Shown: positions 40,924 to 49,113, numbered from the stretch's first letter. The stretch: 64,000 nucleotides of DNA from Armatimonadota bacterium (GCA_035528905.1 DATKXU010000109.1:7279-71278), one strand, 5' to 3'. Numbers and translations are program-made. The notes: a model not told the origin generated them from the letters alone.

Positions 40924-42198
40924 TTACAGCTTCACTTCTACCTGATTCTTCCCCTCCTCCGCTAAGTGGAATTCCACCGTCTTCGAGGCCCCTGAGGGAG
41001 TGGTGATCGTCAGGCGGTAGTTGCCGTGGAAACCGCGGAAGGTGAATGAGCCGTCGGAGCTCGTGCGCCCCTGCGCGCTCGTGTGCCACTCCTTGTTGAT
41101 GAGCCGGTCGAGCACGAGGTAGACCGGCTTCGGGCTGAGGTCCTTCCTCACGAAGCCGGCGGCGACTCCCTGCCATGCGAAGGCGTCCGAGAAATCCCAC
41201 CAGGTGATCGCCCTCACGGATGGATGGCTAAAGCACGCGCGATAGAACTGCTCCACGTACTCGGCCTGCTTGCGCTCGTCCGCCGGGTTGGTCTCCTTTC
41301 CGGATAGCACCGTCGTCTCCGTGAGGTGAACCGGCTTCCCCAGTTCGGCAAGTTTGTCGAGCGCTTTGAGCGTATCCGGGATGGCAAACAGCCCATTATG
41401 CATGTGCGACTGGACTCCGATCGCGTCAAATGGCACGCCTGCGGCCTTCATCTCCTTCAGCAGCTTGAAGTACCGCTCGGCGCTCTTCGGATCCTCAATC
41501 GCTCCGTACTCGTTTACTAACAGCAGCGCCTGCGGGTTGGCTCCCCTCGCCCATCTGACCGGCTCGCTCGTGTAGTCGAACACCGACATGTTCGCGAAAG
41601 TCCTCATGTGCGTGGACTCGTTCACCACGTCCCAGATGTCAATCAAGCCCTTATAGCGGGAGACGATCTCCTTGACCCGCGCTTCCATCAAGCGCTTCAC
41701 CTCGTCCGGCTTGTCCTCAGGAAGCCAGGTTGGGACGCCGGCCTCATATGTCCAGACGAGAGGATGGCCCTTCGTGGTGATGCCGTTCTCCTTGCACCAT
41801 TCGGCCATCGCGTCAACCCGCTCGTATCCGGGTTTTCCCTGCTCGCGCTCGAAACCCCGCCAGTAGAAGGGCAGGGTTGCATAGTTCAGCAGACGCTTGA
41901 ACAGCTCCTTGTACTTCGCGTTCTCCTCGGCGGTCGGGAATCGGTCGAACACGAAGATGTTGCAGCCAAAGAGAAAATCGTGAGCGACCTGCTCGGCGTT
42001 GATCAGCGCGCCCTCGACAGGCCGACCCTTTTCGTCAAGAACCGTGATGGCCGCGCCGCTCTTTCGATACTTTTCGATGTCCCGCTGTATCCGTACCGCA
42101 GTTGCCTTATCGAGCTTGGTACCAGCAGTTTGCTTCTCGGACATGGCGGCGCCTCCTGCGAGTAGTAAGACGATCAGAGCCGGAATCGCGTATCGCAT
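40924..42198 (-). CDS. secreted GH10 endo-1,4-beta-xylanase
   Basis: TKGHPLVW, WDVVNES (acid/base), IGVQSHM and VHLTETTV (nucleophile). The ATG at 42198 after GGGGAGG gives signal peptide MRYAIPALIVLLLAGGAAMS. The listed 42369 start runs into a repeat. Confidence 0.9.
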   Translation of the reverse strand: MRYAIPALIVLLLAGGAAMSEKQTAGTKLDKATAVRIQRDIEKYRKSGAAITVLDEKGRPVEGALINAEQVAHDFLFGCNIFVFDRFPTAEENAKYKELFKRLLNYATLPFYWRGFEREQGKPGYERVDAMAEWCKENGITTKGHPLVWTYEAGVPTWLPEDKPDEVKRLMEARVKEIVSRYKGLIDIWDVVNESTHMRTFANMSVFDYTSEPVRWARGANPQALLLVNEYGAIEDPKSAERYFKLLKEMKAAGVPFDAIGVQSHMHNGLFAIPDTLKALDKLAELGKPVHLTETTVLSGKETNPADERKQAEYVEQFYRACFSHPSVRAITWWDFSDAFAWQGVAAGFVRKDLSPKPVYLVLDRLINKEWHTSAQGRTSSDGSFTFRGFHGNYRLTITTPSGASKTVEFHLAEEGKNQVEVKL

Positions 42199-42335
42199 GC
42201 TTGCCTCCCCAGAGACCCCGTGGCAGGGGCCAAGAATGCCATGATTACCATTCCGCCCTGGCTTTGCTGAATCCTGCGGGATATGCGCCTGGAACCGCCC
42301 GGCGAGCAGATTCGCTCTGCATTCACACTCGAAGT

Positions 42336-42471
42336 GTAAGAGTTCACGATTGTTGATAATAAAAGCCAACCGTTGTCATTCTGAGCGGCAGCGAAGAATC
42401 TGTCGAGCGTAGGTGAGATGCTTCGCTTTGCTCAGCATGACGTTACTATCAAGGAACGTGAAATCTTTCAT
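42336..42471. repeat. about 135-nt interspersed repeat, copy B (partner at 9226-9361)
   Basis: Same orientation and ends as copy A. The central loop is CGGCAGC instead of a 16-nt hairpin. Confidence 0.9.
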
Positions 42472-42484
42472 CGAAGTTGCACTA

Positions 42485-42513
42485 TTGACTTTGCGTGGAA
42501 AAACACTTACCAT
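42485..42513 (+). promoter_or_regulatory. sigma70-type promoter, TTGACT-17-TACCAT
   Basis: TTGACT at 42485-42490 and TACCAT at 42508-42513. Starts 14 nt after repeat copy B and ends 38 nt before the nfeD ATG. Confidence 0.4.
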
Positions 42514-42550
42514 GCGAGTAATACCACTGTTCGTGTCCGGGAGACTTCAA

Positions 42551-43867
42551 ATGAAGAGGTTCTGCGCTGTCCTGGCTTTCGTTGTGGCTGCCGGTATCGC
42601 TCTTGCGACGCCTGGTTCACCGCAGCAAGCCGAAACCAGACCGCTCATCAACAGCATTCGCATCGAGGGGCCGATCGAGCCGGCGGTGGCGCTGTACGTC
42701 CATCGCGGCATCGGCACCGCCGAACGCAACGGCGCCCAAGCGCTCATTGTTCTCCTGGATACTCCCGGCGGTCTCGGCGATTCCATGGACTCCATTGTGA
42801 AGGACTTCTTCGCGAGTGACGTACCGATCGTGGTCTATGTTTGGCCGAAGGGCGCAAAAGCCGCCTCAGCAGGCGCGATCATCACGCTCGCAAGTCACAT
42901 CGCCGCCATGAGCCCCGCCACCAATATCGGAGCGGCGCACCCAGTAGTTATGGGAGGAGAGCAGCCGGACGAGGTAATGTCGAAGAAGCTGGAGCAAGAC
43001 GCAGCCGCTACCGCAAGAAAAATCGCGCACGATCGAGGGCGGAATATGGATGTAGCCGAGCAGTTCGTGCGGAAGAGCATCTCGCTGACGGAGGACGAGG
43101 CGAAGGAAAAGAAAGTTATAGACATCATCGCCCGCGACCAGAACGACCTGCTCAAGCAGATTGATGGTCGGAAGGTCAAGATGGCCGGGGGAGAGACGGT
43201 AATCCGTTCTCGAAACGCCCGGGTGGAGAAGATCGAGCCCAGCCTCAGGGAGCAGTTCCTCCACATAGTCGGCAACCCCAACATAGCCTATATACTCATG
43301 CTGGTCGCCGTGTACGGGATTATATTCGAGCTGCAGAATCCCGGCGCGGTTTTCCCCGGAGTGGTCGGCGCCATCTCACTGATCCTGGCGCTCTTTTCGT
43401 TCGCGGTCCTGCCGGTCAACCTGGCGGGGGTTCTGCTCATAGTTCTCGGGATAGCTCTGCTTGTGGCAGACGTCTTCATCCCCGGCCACGGGGTGCTCAC
43501 GATCGGGGGACTCATTGCATTCGTGGTGGGATCCTTGATTCTGTTCGAGACCGGATCGCCCGTGCTGAGGATATCCCTGACGCTGATAATCACCATGACG
43601 GCGCTGACCGGCGGTTTCTTCCTCTTCGCGGTTGGGGCAGGAATCCGCGGGCAGAGGGCCAGGATTGTCACGGGCGCAGAGGGGATGATCGGCCAGGTCG
43701 CGGAGGCCAGAACGGACATAGACCCAAAGGGCAAAGTCTTCGCAGAAGGCAGCTATTGGAACGCGCTGGCGGAGGGCGGGCCGATCAAGAAAGGCGAGCC
43801 GGTGCGCGTCATCGGCGTGGAGAAGCTCCTTCTCAAAGTCAAGAAGGAGAGCAGCGACAAACCCTAG
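42551..43867 (+). CDS. NfeD-family membrane-bound ClpP-class serine protease
   Basis: Signal/TM MKRFCAVLAFVVAAGIALA. ClpP-like LLDTPGG...GAKAASAGAII. Central TM bundle and a C-terminal OB-like NfeD domain (GKVFAEGSYWNA..GEPVRVIGVE). Confidence 0.85.
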   Translation: MKRFCAVLAFVVAAGIALATPGSPQQAETRPLINSIRIEGPIEPAVALYVHRGIGTAERNGAQALIVLLDTPGGLGDSMDSIVKDFFASDVPIVVYVWPKGAKAASAGAIITLASHIAAMSPATNIGAAHPVVMGGEQPDEVMSKKLEQDAAATARKIAHDRGRNMDVAEQFVRKSISLTEDEAKEKKVIDIIARDQNDLLKQIDGRKVKMAGGETVIRSRNARVEKIEPSLREQFLHIVGNPNIAYILMLVAVYGIIFELQNPGAVFPGVVGAISLILALFSFAVLPVNLAGVLLIVLGIALLVADVFIPGHGVLTIGGLIAFVVGSLILFETGSPVLRISLTLIITMTALTGGFFLFAVGAGIRGQRARIVTGAEGMIGQVAEARTDIDPKGKVFAEGSYWNALAEGGPIKKGEPVRVIGVEKLLLKVKKESSDKP

Positions 43868-43977
43868 AAGGTATTCCAGACCTCGGGATTCCAACACCAG
43901 AGACAGTGCGGTATCGGGACGAGCGCAGGCATAGCGGCTGGGGCGTTGTTAGCAGCAACCTCACCGCACGCATAAGG

Positions 43978-44033
43978 TAGCCGCAGGTCTTCAGCCTGCG
44001 GTATGTGGGAACGCAGCCGTAAAGGCTGCGACT
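43978..44033. repeat. twin REP-like hairpins
   Basis: CCGCAGG-TCTTCAG-CCTGCGG (43981-44001) and CGCAGCC-GTAAA-GGCTGCG (44012-44030), in the nfeD to SPFH spacer. Confidence 0.7.
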
Positions 44034-44085
44034 ACCCGGAGTCTGAAATGACTTCTAATCCGAGATGTCAGAAAGGAGACACAGA

Positions 44086-44865
44086 ATGCCGCGAGATGTA
44101 GCGATAACGGTGGCGGTAGTCGCCCTGTTCTTCGTGTTTGCGATCCTGGTGCCAGCAGCGGTCAGGATCATCAAGGAGTACGAGCGAGGCGTTGTGCTTC
44201 GGTGGGGACGCTTCAACAATGTGAAACGGCCCGGCATCAGGTTTCTCATTCCCTTTGTTGACCAGATGTTTCGCACTGACTTGAGAATCGTCACCATGGA
44301 CGTCCCCAAGCAGGAGATGATGACAAGAGACAACGTGCCGGTCACAGTAGATGCGGTCGTCTACTTCCGAATCGTGAACCCCGAGGATGCGATTCTGAAG
44401 ATCGAGAACTTCGTGAAGGCGACGGCGCTCATCGCGCAGACGACTTTGCGGAGCACGGTCGGTCAGGCTTTGCTCGACGAGCTGCTGTCCGAGAGGGACA
44501 AGATCAACGAGCAGCTCCAGACGGTCATTGACGAGCAGACTGAGCCGTGGGGCGTCAAGGCCACAAACGTGGAGATTCGGGACGTCTTCCTGCCCGAAGG
44601 GATGAAGCGGGCGATGGCGAAGCAGGCGGAGACCGAAAGGGAGCGGCGCGCGAAGATCATCAATGCGGAAGGCGAGTTCCAGGCAGCCGAGAAACTTGCC
44701 ATGGCGGCGGCGATAATCAGCAAGGATCCGGCTGCGATACAGCTCCGGTTCCTGCAGACGCTCTCCGACGTTGCGACCGAGCATAACAGCACGACGATCT
44801 TCCCTGTCCCGATTGACCTCTTCAGCCCGTTCATCAAGATCCTTCAGGAGAAGGCGAAGGAGTAA
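44086..44865 (+). CDS. SPFH / band-7 (stomatin-like) protein
   Basis: IIKEYERGVVLRWGRF...DLRIVTMDVP.QEMMTRDNVPV.VDAVVYFRI and a C-terminal coiled coil AETERERRAKIINAEGE. The ATG at 44086 lies 7 nt after AAAGGAG. Confidence 0.93.
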   Translation: MPRDVAITVAVVALFFVFAILVPAAVRIIKEYERGVVLRWGRFNNVKRPGIRFLIPFVDQMFRTDLRIVTMDVPKQEMMTRDNVPVTVDAVVYFRIVNPEDAILKIENFVKATALIAQTTLRSTVGQALLDELLSERDKINEQLQTVIDEQTEPWGVKATNVEIRDVFLPEGMKRAMAKQAETERERRAKIINAEGEFQAAEKLAMAAAIISKDPAAIQLRFLQTLSDVATEHNSTTIFPVPIDLFSPFIKILQEKAKE

Positions 44866-44875
44866 AGAGATCGCG

Positions 44876-44931
44876 AATTGCAGATTGCAAATTCCAGAAG
44901 CGGGAGGCGGGTTCGATCTGCAATCTGCGAT
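44876..44931. repeat. heptanucleotide array, 8 units in phase, with a GCGGGA-type core
   Basis: AATTGCA GATTGCA AATTCCA GAAGCGG GAGGCGG GTTCGAT CTGCAAT CTGCGAT. The outer units are mutually inverted. Confidence 0.8.
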
Positions 44932-45201
44932 GTACCGGCACAAGTACCGGTTTTTTGTTGGAAGCTCTAGCAGACCCTAAGAGGCGCTTGGCCGCGTGCC
45001 ATAATAAGTAGTAGCTCCAGGAAACGCGGCAAGCAGACCTCAGCGAAGGCCGTTGCAGAGGCGGTCCTGGTTTCAAAAAGGGGCGTCGGCATCCCTTAAC
45101 AGTTTTTCAGCCGGCGCTCCTTTTTTCGTGCCAGCCCAGGACAGCCCCGGCGCAGCAGACCTGAAGCGCCATCGCCAATAACGTCGCAGAGATGAATGAG
45201 A

Positions 45202-45951
45202 TCACTCGCAGGCGGCTTCGAGGCGCATTTCGGGGGCGGAGCGCCTGATGTAGAAAGGCACCAGCGACAGCGGGTCGTCCGCCTTCCCCTGCGCGATGTT
45301 CTTCAAGGCCAACTGCGCCAGAATCGAAGCCTTCGGATAGGAGAGCCACGGGGGAGCGGGGATCACAAGTTCGCCGAGTGCTTGCCGAAGCGCCTCCAGG
45401 TTCTCGTCGAGGGCATCGCCGCAGAATATGATCTCGCTCAGACCGGCCCTCACCTCCATCCCTTCTCCCAATCTTGGGAGAGGGGGGCTGTCCTTCGCGA
45501 ACTGGATCACCTTCTCGATTGGGCCGGCGTCATAGTCTGAGATTCGCTCGACGGATCCGCGGTCGGCCCGGAAGAAGGCATAATACACCTCGCCTCTGCG
45601 TACCTTGACCAGCGGGCACACGACGGCCTGCGCGAGGTAATCGAACTGGCGCGCGAGCAGGTCGAGCGAGACAATGCCGGAGATAGGCACGCCGAGCACC
45701 TGAGCGAGGGTCTTGGCGGTCACTACGCCGATTCTCAGGCCGGTGAACGAACCGGGGCCGAGGGAGACGCCGATAGCTTCCACGTCCTTCATCCCAAGCC
45801 CGCAATCCTTCAGCAGCGAGATGATCTTCGGCATCAGCCGCCGGGACAGGTCCATCCTGTGCGCGAAGTCGGACTCGCCGAGGGTCACGGCCTCATCAGC
45901 GACCGCAAGGCTCGCCGTGTCAGTAGTCGTATCAAGTGCTAAGATAAGCAT
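45202..45951 (-). CDS. tsaB: tRNA threonylcarbamoyladenosine (t6A) biosynthesis protein TsaB
   Basis: MLILALDTTTDTASLAV... and GVSLGPGSFTGLRIGVVTAKTLA motifs. Confidence 0.9.
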   Translation of the reverse strand: MLILALDTTTDTASLAVADEAVTLGESDFAHRMDLSRRLMPKIISLLKDCGLGMKDVEAIGVSLGPGSFTGLRIGVVTAKTLAQVLGVPISGIVSLDLLARQFDYLAQAVVCPLVKVRRGEVYYAFFRADRGSVERISDYDAGPIEKVIQFAKDSPPLPRLGEGMEVRAGLSEIIFCGDALDENLEALRQALGELVIPAPPWLSYPKASILAQLALKNIAQGKADDPLSLVPFYIRRSAPEMRLEAACE

Positions 45952-45956
45952 GAGGA

Positions 45957-47459
45957 TCAGAGCCAGTCTATGCCCCAGCGGTTGCGCGGGTGGCAGGATA
46001 TCTTTATCGGCTCGGCTAAGAGCGGGGTTTCCAGGACCATCCAGAGGGGGCGGACGCCGGTTGTGTTAATGGTGATCTCGGCGCCGATCTGCACCAGGAG
46101 ACCCCGTTTTTCTTCTATTGGCGAGGCCTGCCAGTTCTCTTCTACGCGGTCGGCTATGGCGAGCACCTGCTTCATAGAAATCCGCGGAGACGGCGGCGGC
46201 ACCGGATCCGCTTTGGCGTCAAGCTCGGCGATGAGGTTCAGGAACTCAGCCTCGGTGATGTGGCCCTGGACATAGAGGTGAACCGCGCGATCGCGCATGG
46301 CGGACAGATCTCTCGCACGCGGAGGACGCATCGGTGCGGGCGGTAGGATGCCCTGTGCGACCTGGGCTTTCGTTTGACTAAAGAAGTTTTGGGCTGCGCG
46401 GGCGGCCATAGCGTCCACATAGCGGTCGCTCACATGGTGGCTATCGCAGGCGCCATAGAGTCGCTTCATTTTGCACACCCATTGGAGAAATCTCACCCCG
46501 TCGCTGTTTCCCCTGACTGGAACAAGCAAGGACCCGCAGAGCGAGCAAGAAAGCAAGCCTCCGTAGGCGAGAAGGGTTTGTGGCCGGCGCGGAGAATACT
46601 GGCGGTGCTCCAGGAGGGCGGCAGCCTGGTTTACGAGTTCCAGAGGGACGACTTCGGGCACGAGGTCGGGGGCATCAATGGTGCGGCCGGCCCAGAAGAG
46701 CTGGCGGCGGTAGAAGGGGCTCTTGAGGAGACGGAGGACGGTGCAGGGGATCCACAGGCTGCCCTTGGGACTCGGAACGCCCTGGCGGTTAAGCTCATAG
46801 GCGACTCCGGTAGCATTTCCGCCCGAACGGACATAGGCATCGAACAGCATCCGGACGTCGTCGGCTCGGTCGGTGATATTGAAGGCCTTCGTGGCAGGGT
46901 CGTATTGCATTCCGAGCGGGAGATTACCTCCGGGCCACCTGCCGGCGAGGAACTGGGCGAGGTGGTGCTCGTAGATTCGCTGGCCGGTGAGCCTGCGTTC
47001 AAACTTGCGGACGTGCATCATAAGGCCATGGAGCAACTCGCCGCTGGGCGTGGAGAGATCAATCGGGTCCTTGATGGAGATAAGCTGGCAATTATGCTTT
47101 GCGAGGAAGGCGATACCGGAGTACTCATCCTGGGGATCACGGAAGAGGCGGTCCATGCGCAGGACGATAAGGCCATCGAATGGGCGATCTTTGGCACTGA
47201 CGGCGCGGAGGAGCTCCGACCCAGCGGGCCGCTTCTCGACGGGGATGGCGGCGGAGACGCCGAAATCGCGGTAATCGCCGACGAGCTGGTAGTTCTGAGC
47301 GGTGCATTCCTGCTTAATGAGCGAGAGTTGGGTATCCAGGGAATCGTCCTGCTGGTCGGTGCTGCATCGGAGATAAGCGGTGACTTTCATTGGGGCGGCC
47401 TGCGCCGATGGCAGGGGCGGCGTGGGCTGCCGGGTCGTGTGATTGGACGTATTGACCAA
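45957..47459 (-). CDS. large serine recombinase (phage integrase)
   Basis: Resolvase-type N-terminus VTAYLRCSTDQQ, a recombinase domain and a Cys-rich zinc-ribbon region (CSLCGS...CKMKRLYGAC). About 480-500 aa. Confidence 0.92.
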   Translation of the reverse strand: MVNTSNHTTRQPTPPLPSAQAAPMKVTAYLRCSTDQQDDSLDTQLSLIKQECTAQNYQLVGDYRDFGVSAAIPVEKRPAGSELLRAVSAKDRPFDGLIVLRMDRLFRDPQDEYSGIAFLAKHNCQLISIKDPIDLSTPSGELLHGLMMHVRKFERRLTGQRIYEHHLAQFLAGRWPGGNLPLGMQYDPATKAFNITDRADDVRMLFDAYVRSGGNATGVAYELNRQGVPSPKGSLWIPCTVLRLLKSPFYRRQLFWAGRTIDAPDLVPEVVPLELVNQAAALLEHRQYSPRRPQTLLAYGGLLSCSLCGSLLVPVRGNSDGVRFLQWVCKMKRLYGACDSHHVSDRYVDAMAARAAQNFFSQTKAQVAQGILPPAPMRPPRARDLSAMRDRAVHLYVQGHITEAEFLNLIAELDAKADPVPPPSPRISMKQVLAIADRVEENWQASPIEEKRGLLVQIGAEITINTTGVRPLWMVLETPLLAEPIKISCHPRNRWGIDWL

Positions 47460-47488
47460 TTTGTCAATTTCCCGGGCATTTCAGGGCC

Positions 47489-47746
47489 TCATTCCGGTGG
47501 ACGGCAGCGGGAGCACGGGCGGTACTGCTCTCGGGCGTCTTTGAGAGATATGGGATGCTTGCTGTACTGGAGCGAGCTGCACGAGGCGCGGTGGTAGCAC
47601 TCGCCGGTATCGGTGATGTAGACGGTGACAGCCTGGGGAGCGTTGAGTGTTGAGTGTTGAGTGTGGCGAGCAAGGATGAGCCAGGCGGAGCCGGCCAGGA
47701 GGACGACGGCCAGGATGGGGATGAGAAACTTGGTGCGGTGTCGCAT
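47489..47746 (-). CDS. small membrane-anchored protein with an Ada-like Cys4 zinc-binding motif
   Basis: TM FLIPILAVVLLAGSAWLIL followed by GECYHRASCSSL...YRPCSRCRP (CxxxxC...CxxC, the pattern of the Ada N-terminal Zn site). Confidence 0.6.
   Translation of the reverse strand: MRHRTKFLIPILAVVLLAGSAWLILARHTQHSTLNAPQAVTVYITDTGECYHRASCSSLQYSKHPISLKDAREQYRPCSRCRPPE
47642..47662. repeat. (GTTGAGT)x3 heptamer array inside the 47489-47746 CDS
   Basis: Three perfect units. On the coding strand they encode HTQHSTLN. Confidence 0.9.
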
Positions 47747-47767
47747 GGTGTGAGCTCCTAAGTAAGC

Positions 47768-48304
47768 CTATTTCTTTGGATTAACTGCCAAGTAATCGTT
47801 GGCAAAGTTGTCAACCAATTCAAGAATAAGGTCTTTTACATGTTCACGTGAACCGAGTGCTGAGCCACCACCCAATGCACCATCAGCCCATGTTGTACCA
47901 GTGACTGTTTTGTAAGGCGGGCGGGTTAATCTAACTTGTTCGTTCAATTCTAGGTTGATATTACAAGTAAACCGATTACCATCATGTTTCCTAGCGTTCA
48001 TAGATACATATAAGGTAGGCCAACCGATCACATTCCAATGTTCCTCTAGGGTTAAGACGGGAATTCCTGTGGTGCGCAACCGAAGTTCTACCCATGTCGC
48101 AATTTCCTCTCTGGTAGTAAACTCCTTCGCATCATCTGGCAGATTTTCTACTAATACGTAGACACCTTTGAGGCCACAAAGTGGTTCACGGAAGATGGCT
48201 CTCGAATCAGAACTTAGATCAGACGTGTATCCCGGCCAAATGAATAGGCCAACGAGCAGACAGAAGCACAAAAACGAAGCGGTGGTGTAAAGTGCTTTTT
48301 TCAA
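47768..48304 (-). CDS. low-GC exported or membrane protein of unknown function (prophage cargo)
   Basis: 178 aa. N-terminal hydrophobic segment FLCFCLLVGLFIW. Hand counts of three 60-nt lines gave 37-48% G+C, against 65% for a line in the adjacent integrase gene. Confidence 0.65.
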   Translation of the reverse strand: MKKALYTTASFLCFCLLVGLFIWPGYTSDLSSDSRAIFREPLCGLKGVYVLVENLPDDAKEFTTREEIATWVELRLRTTGIPVLTLEEHWNVIGWPTLYVSMNARKHDGNRFTCNINLELNEQVRLTRPPYKTVTGTTWADGALGGGSALGSREHVKDLILELVDNFANDYLAVNPKK

Positions 48305-48347
48305 CCTTGTCCTCCTGTTTCAATCCTGAATCGGGTCAGCCCGTAGG

Positions 48348-48767
48348 CTAGGCGGATTTTCTCTCGCGGAGGTCTTCCGCATTGGCAGTCGGTGCCTCTT
48401 GAAGTTCGGAAAGGACCTTCTCGGCTTCCTCCGGCGTGAGGCGCTGGGTCTGCACGAGATACTCAGCCATTTGCTCCCGGACGAGCATGGGATCGGGATG
48501 ATCGCCTTCTTGTCTCGGCCATTCTGCTGGGAGAGGAATCCCTGCTGCTTGCAAACATTCGGCCGCTTCCTGTCTGGAAGAAATCAGCTCCAAAAACTTC
48601 GGCAACTGGTCCACATATACGGGCACGATGTCGTCTTTGGCCCAGTCCATCAGCGAAGTGTGGGAAAACAGCCTTGTCCCTTTTCTGACGGCATCCCTGT
48701 AGGAGAGGTTATGCCTCTGGAGCAGGTTGCGGATACACTCACCCCATCTTGGATTAACTTTCGGCAT
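48348..48767 (-). CDS. CI-like repressor candidate (HTH)
   Basis: Divergent from the cro-like gene. IRNLLQRHNLSYRDAVRKGTRLFSHTSLMDW is HTH-like. The ATG at 48767 is chosen because the listed 48857 start lies inside the rightward promoter. Confidence 0.5.
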   Translation of the reverse strand: MPKVNPRWGECIRNLLQRHNLSYRDAVRKGTRLFSHTSLMDWAKDDIVPVYVDQLPKFLELISSRQEAAECLQAAGIPLPAEWPRQEGDHPDPMLVREQMAEYLVQTQRLTPEEAEKVLSELQEAPTANAEDLRERKSA

Positions 48768-48850
48768 TGTAAATCTCACGTACTGCTTACAGTATACGCC
48801 ATTAGAATGCTCTTCCCTTAACAAGCTGGAAAAAAACTTGTAAAAAGGTG

Positions 48851-48879
48851 TTGACACCGGGAAAAGGGTGTGCTATACT
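48851..48879 (+). promoter_or_regulatory. consensus sigma70 promoter, TTGACA-17-TATACT (early rightward)
   Basis: TTGACA at 48851-48856 and TATACT at 48874-48879. Confidence 0.7.
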
Positions 48880-48911
48880 CTCCTGGTGTCAGACGGTGCT
48901 GACACCAGGAG
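48880..48911. promoter_or_regulatory. 13-bp perfect inverted repeat (candidate operator or 5' hairpin)
   Basis: CTCCTGGTGTCAG-ACGGTG-CTGACACCAGGAG immediately after the -10 box. A related GGTGT-TG-ACACC palindrome at 48847-48858 overlaps the -35 box. Confidence 0.6.
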
Positions 48912-48924
48912 AGGTGATCCTGCT

Positions 48925-49113
48925 GTGAATGAATACGGATCTGACATTCGTGCCGAACGGTCGAGGCGACGGCTGACCCAGGAACAAGTCGTCAGGCGGC
49001 GTGGTATCTTCCGCCCGACCCTTGTCGACATCGAACAGGGCCGCATCGAGATCAGCGAAGCGGAATACAAGCGGTTCCTTGACGCTATAGATCAGGACGA
49101 AACCGCCACCTAG
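48925..49113 (+). CDS. Cro-like XRE-family HTH protein
   Basis: GTG at 48925, 7 nt after AGGAGAGGTGA. LTQEQVVRRRGIFRPTLVDIEQGR is an HTH_XRE pattern. 62 aa. Confidence 0.7.
   Translation: MNEYGSDIRAERSRRRLTQEQVVRRRGIFRPTLVDIEQGRIEISEAEYKRFLDAIDQDETAT

Noticed and set aside
42199-42550. N-terminal extensions of the GH10 ORF (to 42369) and the nfeD ORF (from 42413)
   Set aside because: Both extensions are translations of the 135-nt interspersed repeat and its flanks. Downstream starts give proper signal peptides and SD sites. The same logic applies to the 31048-31197 extension of ogg.
44897-44931. tRNA fragment or att remnant suggested by GCGGGTTCGATC (T-loop-like GGTTCGA)
   Set aside because: No complementary T-stem, acceptor stem or anticodon arm can be drawn. 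The string is part of an in-phase heptamer array.
46374-47597. 407-aa plus-strand ORF
   Set aside because: It is antisense to the serine integrase gene and has low-complexity Gly/Ala/Glu-rich content.
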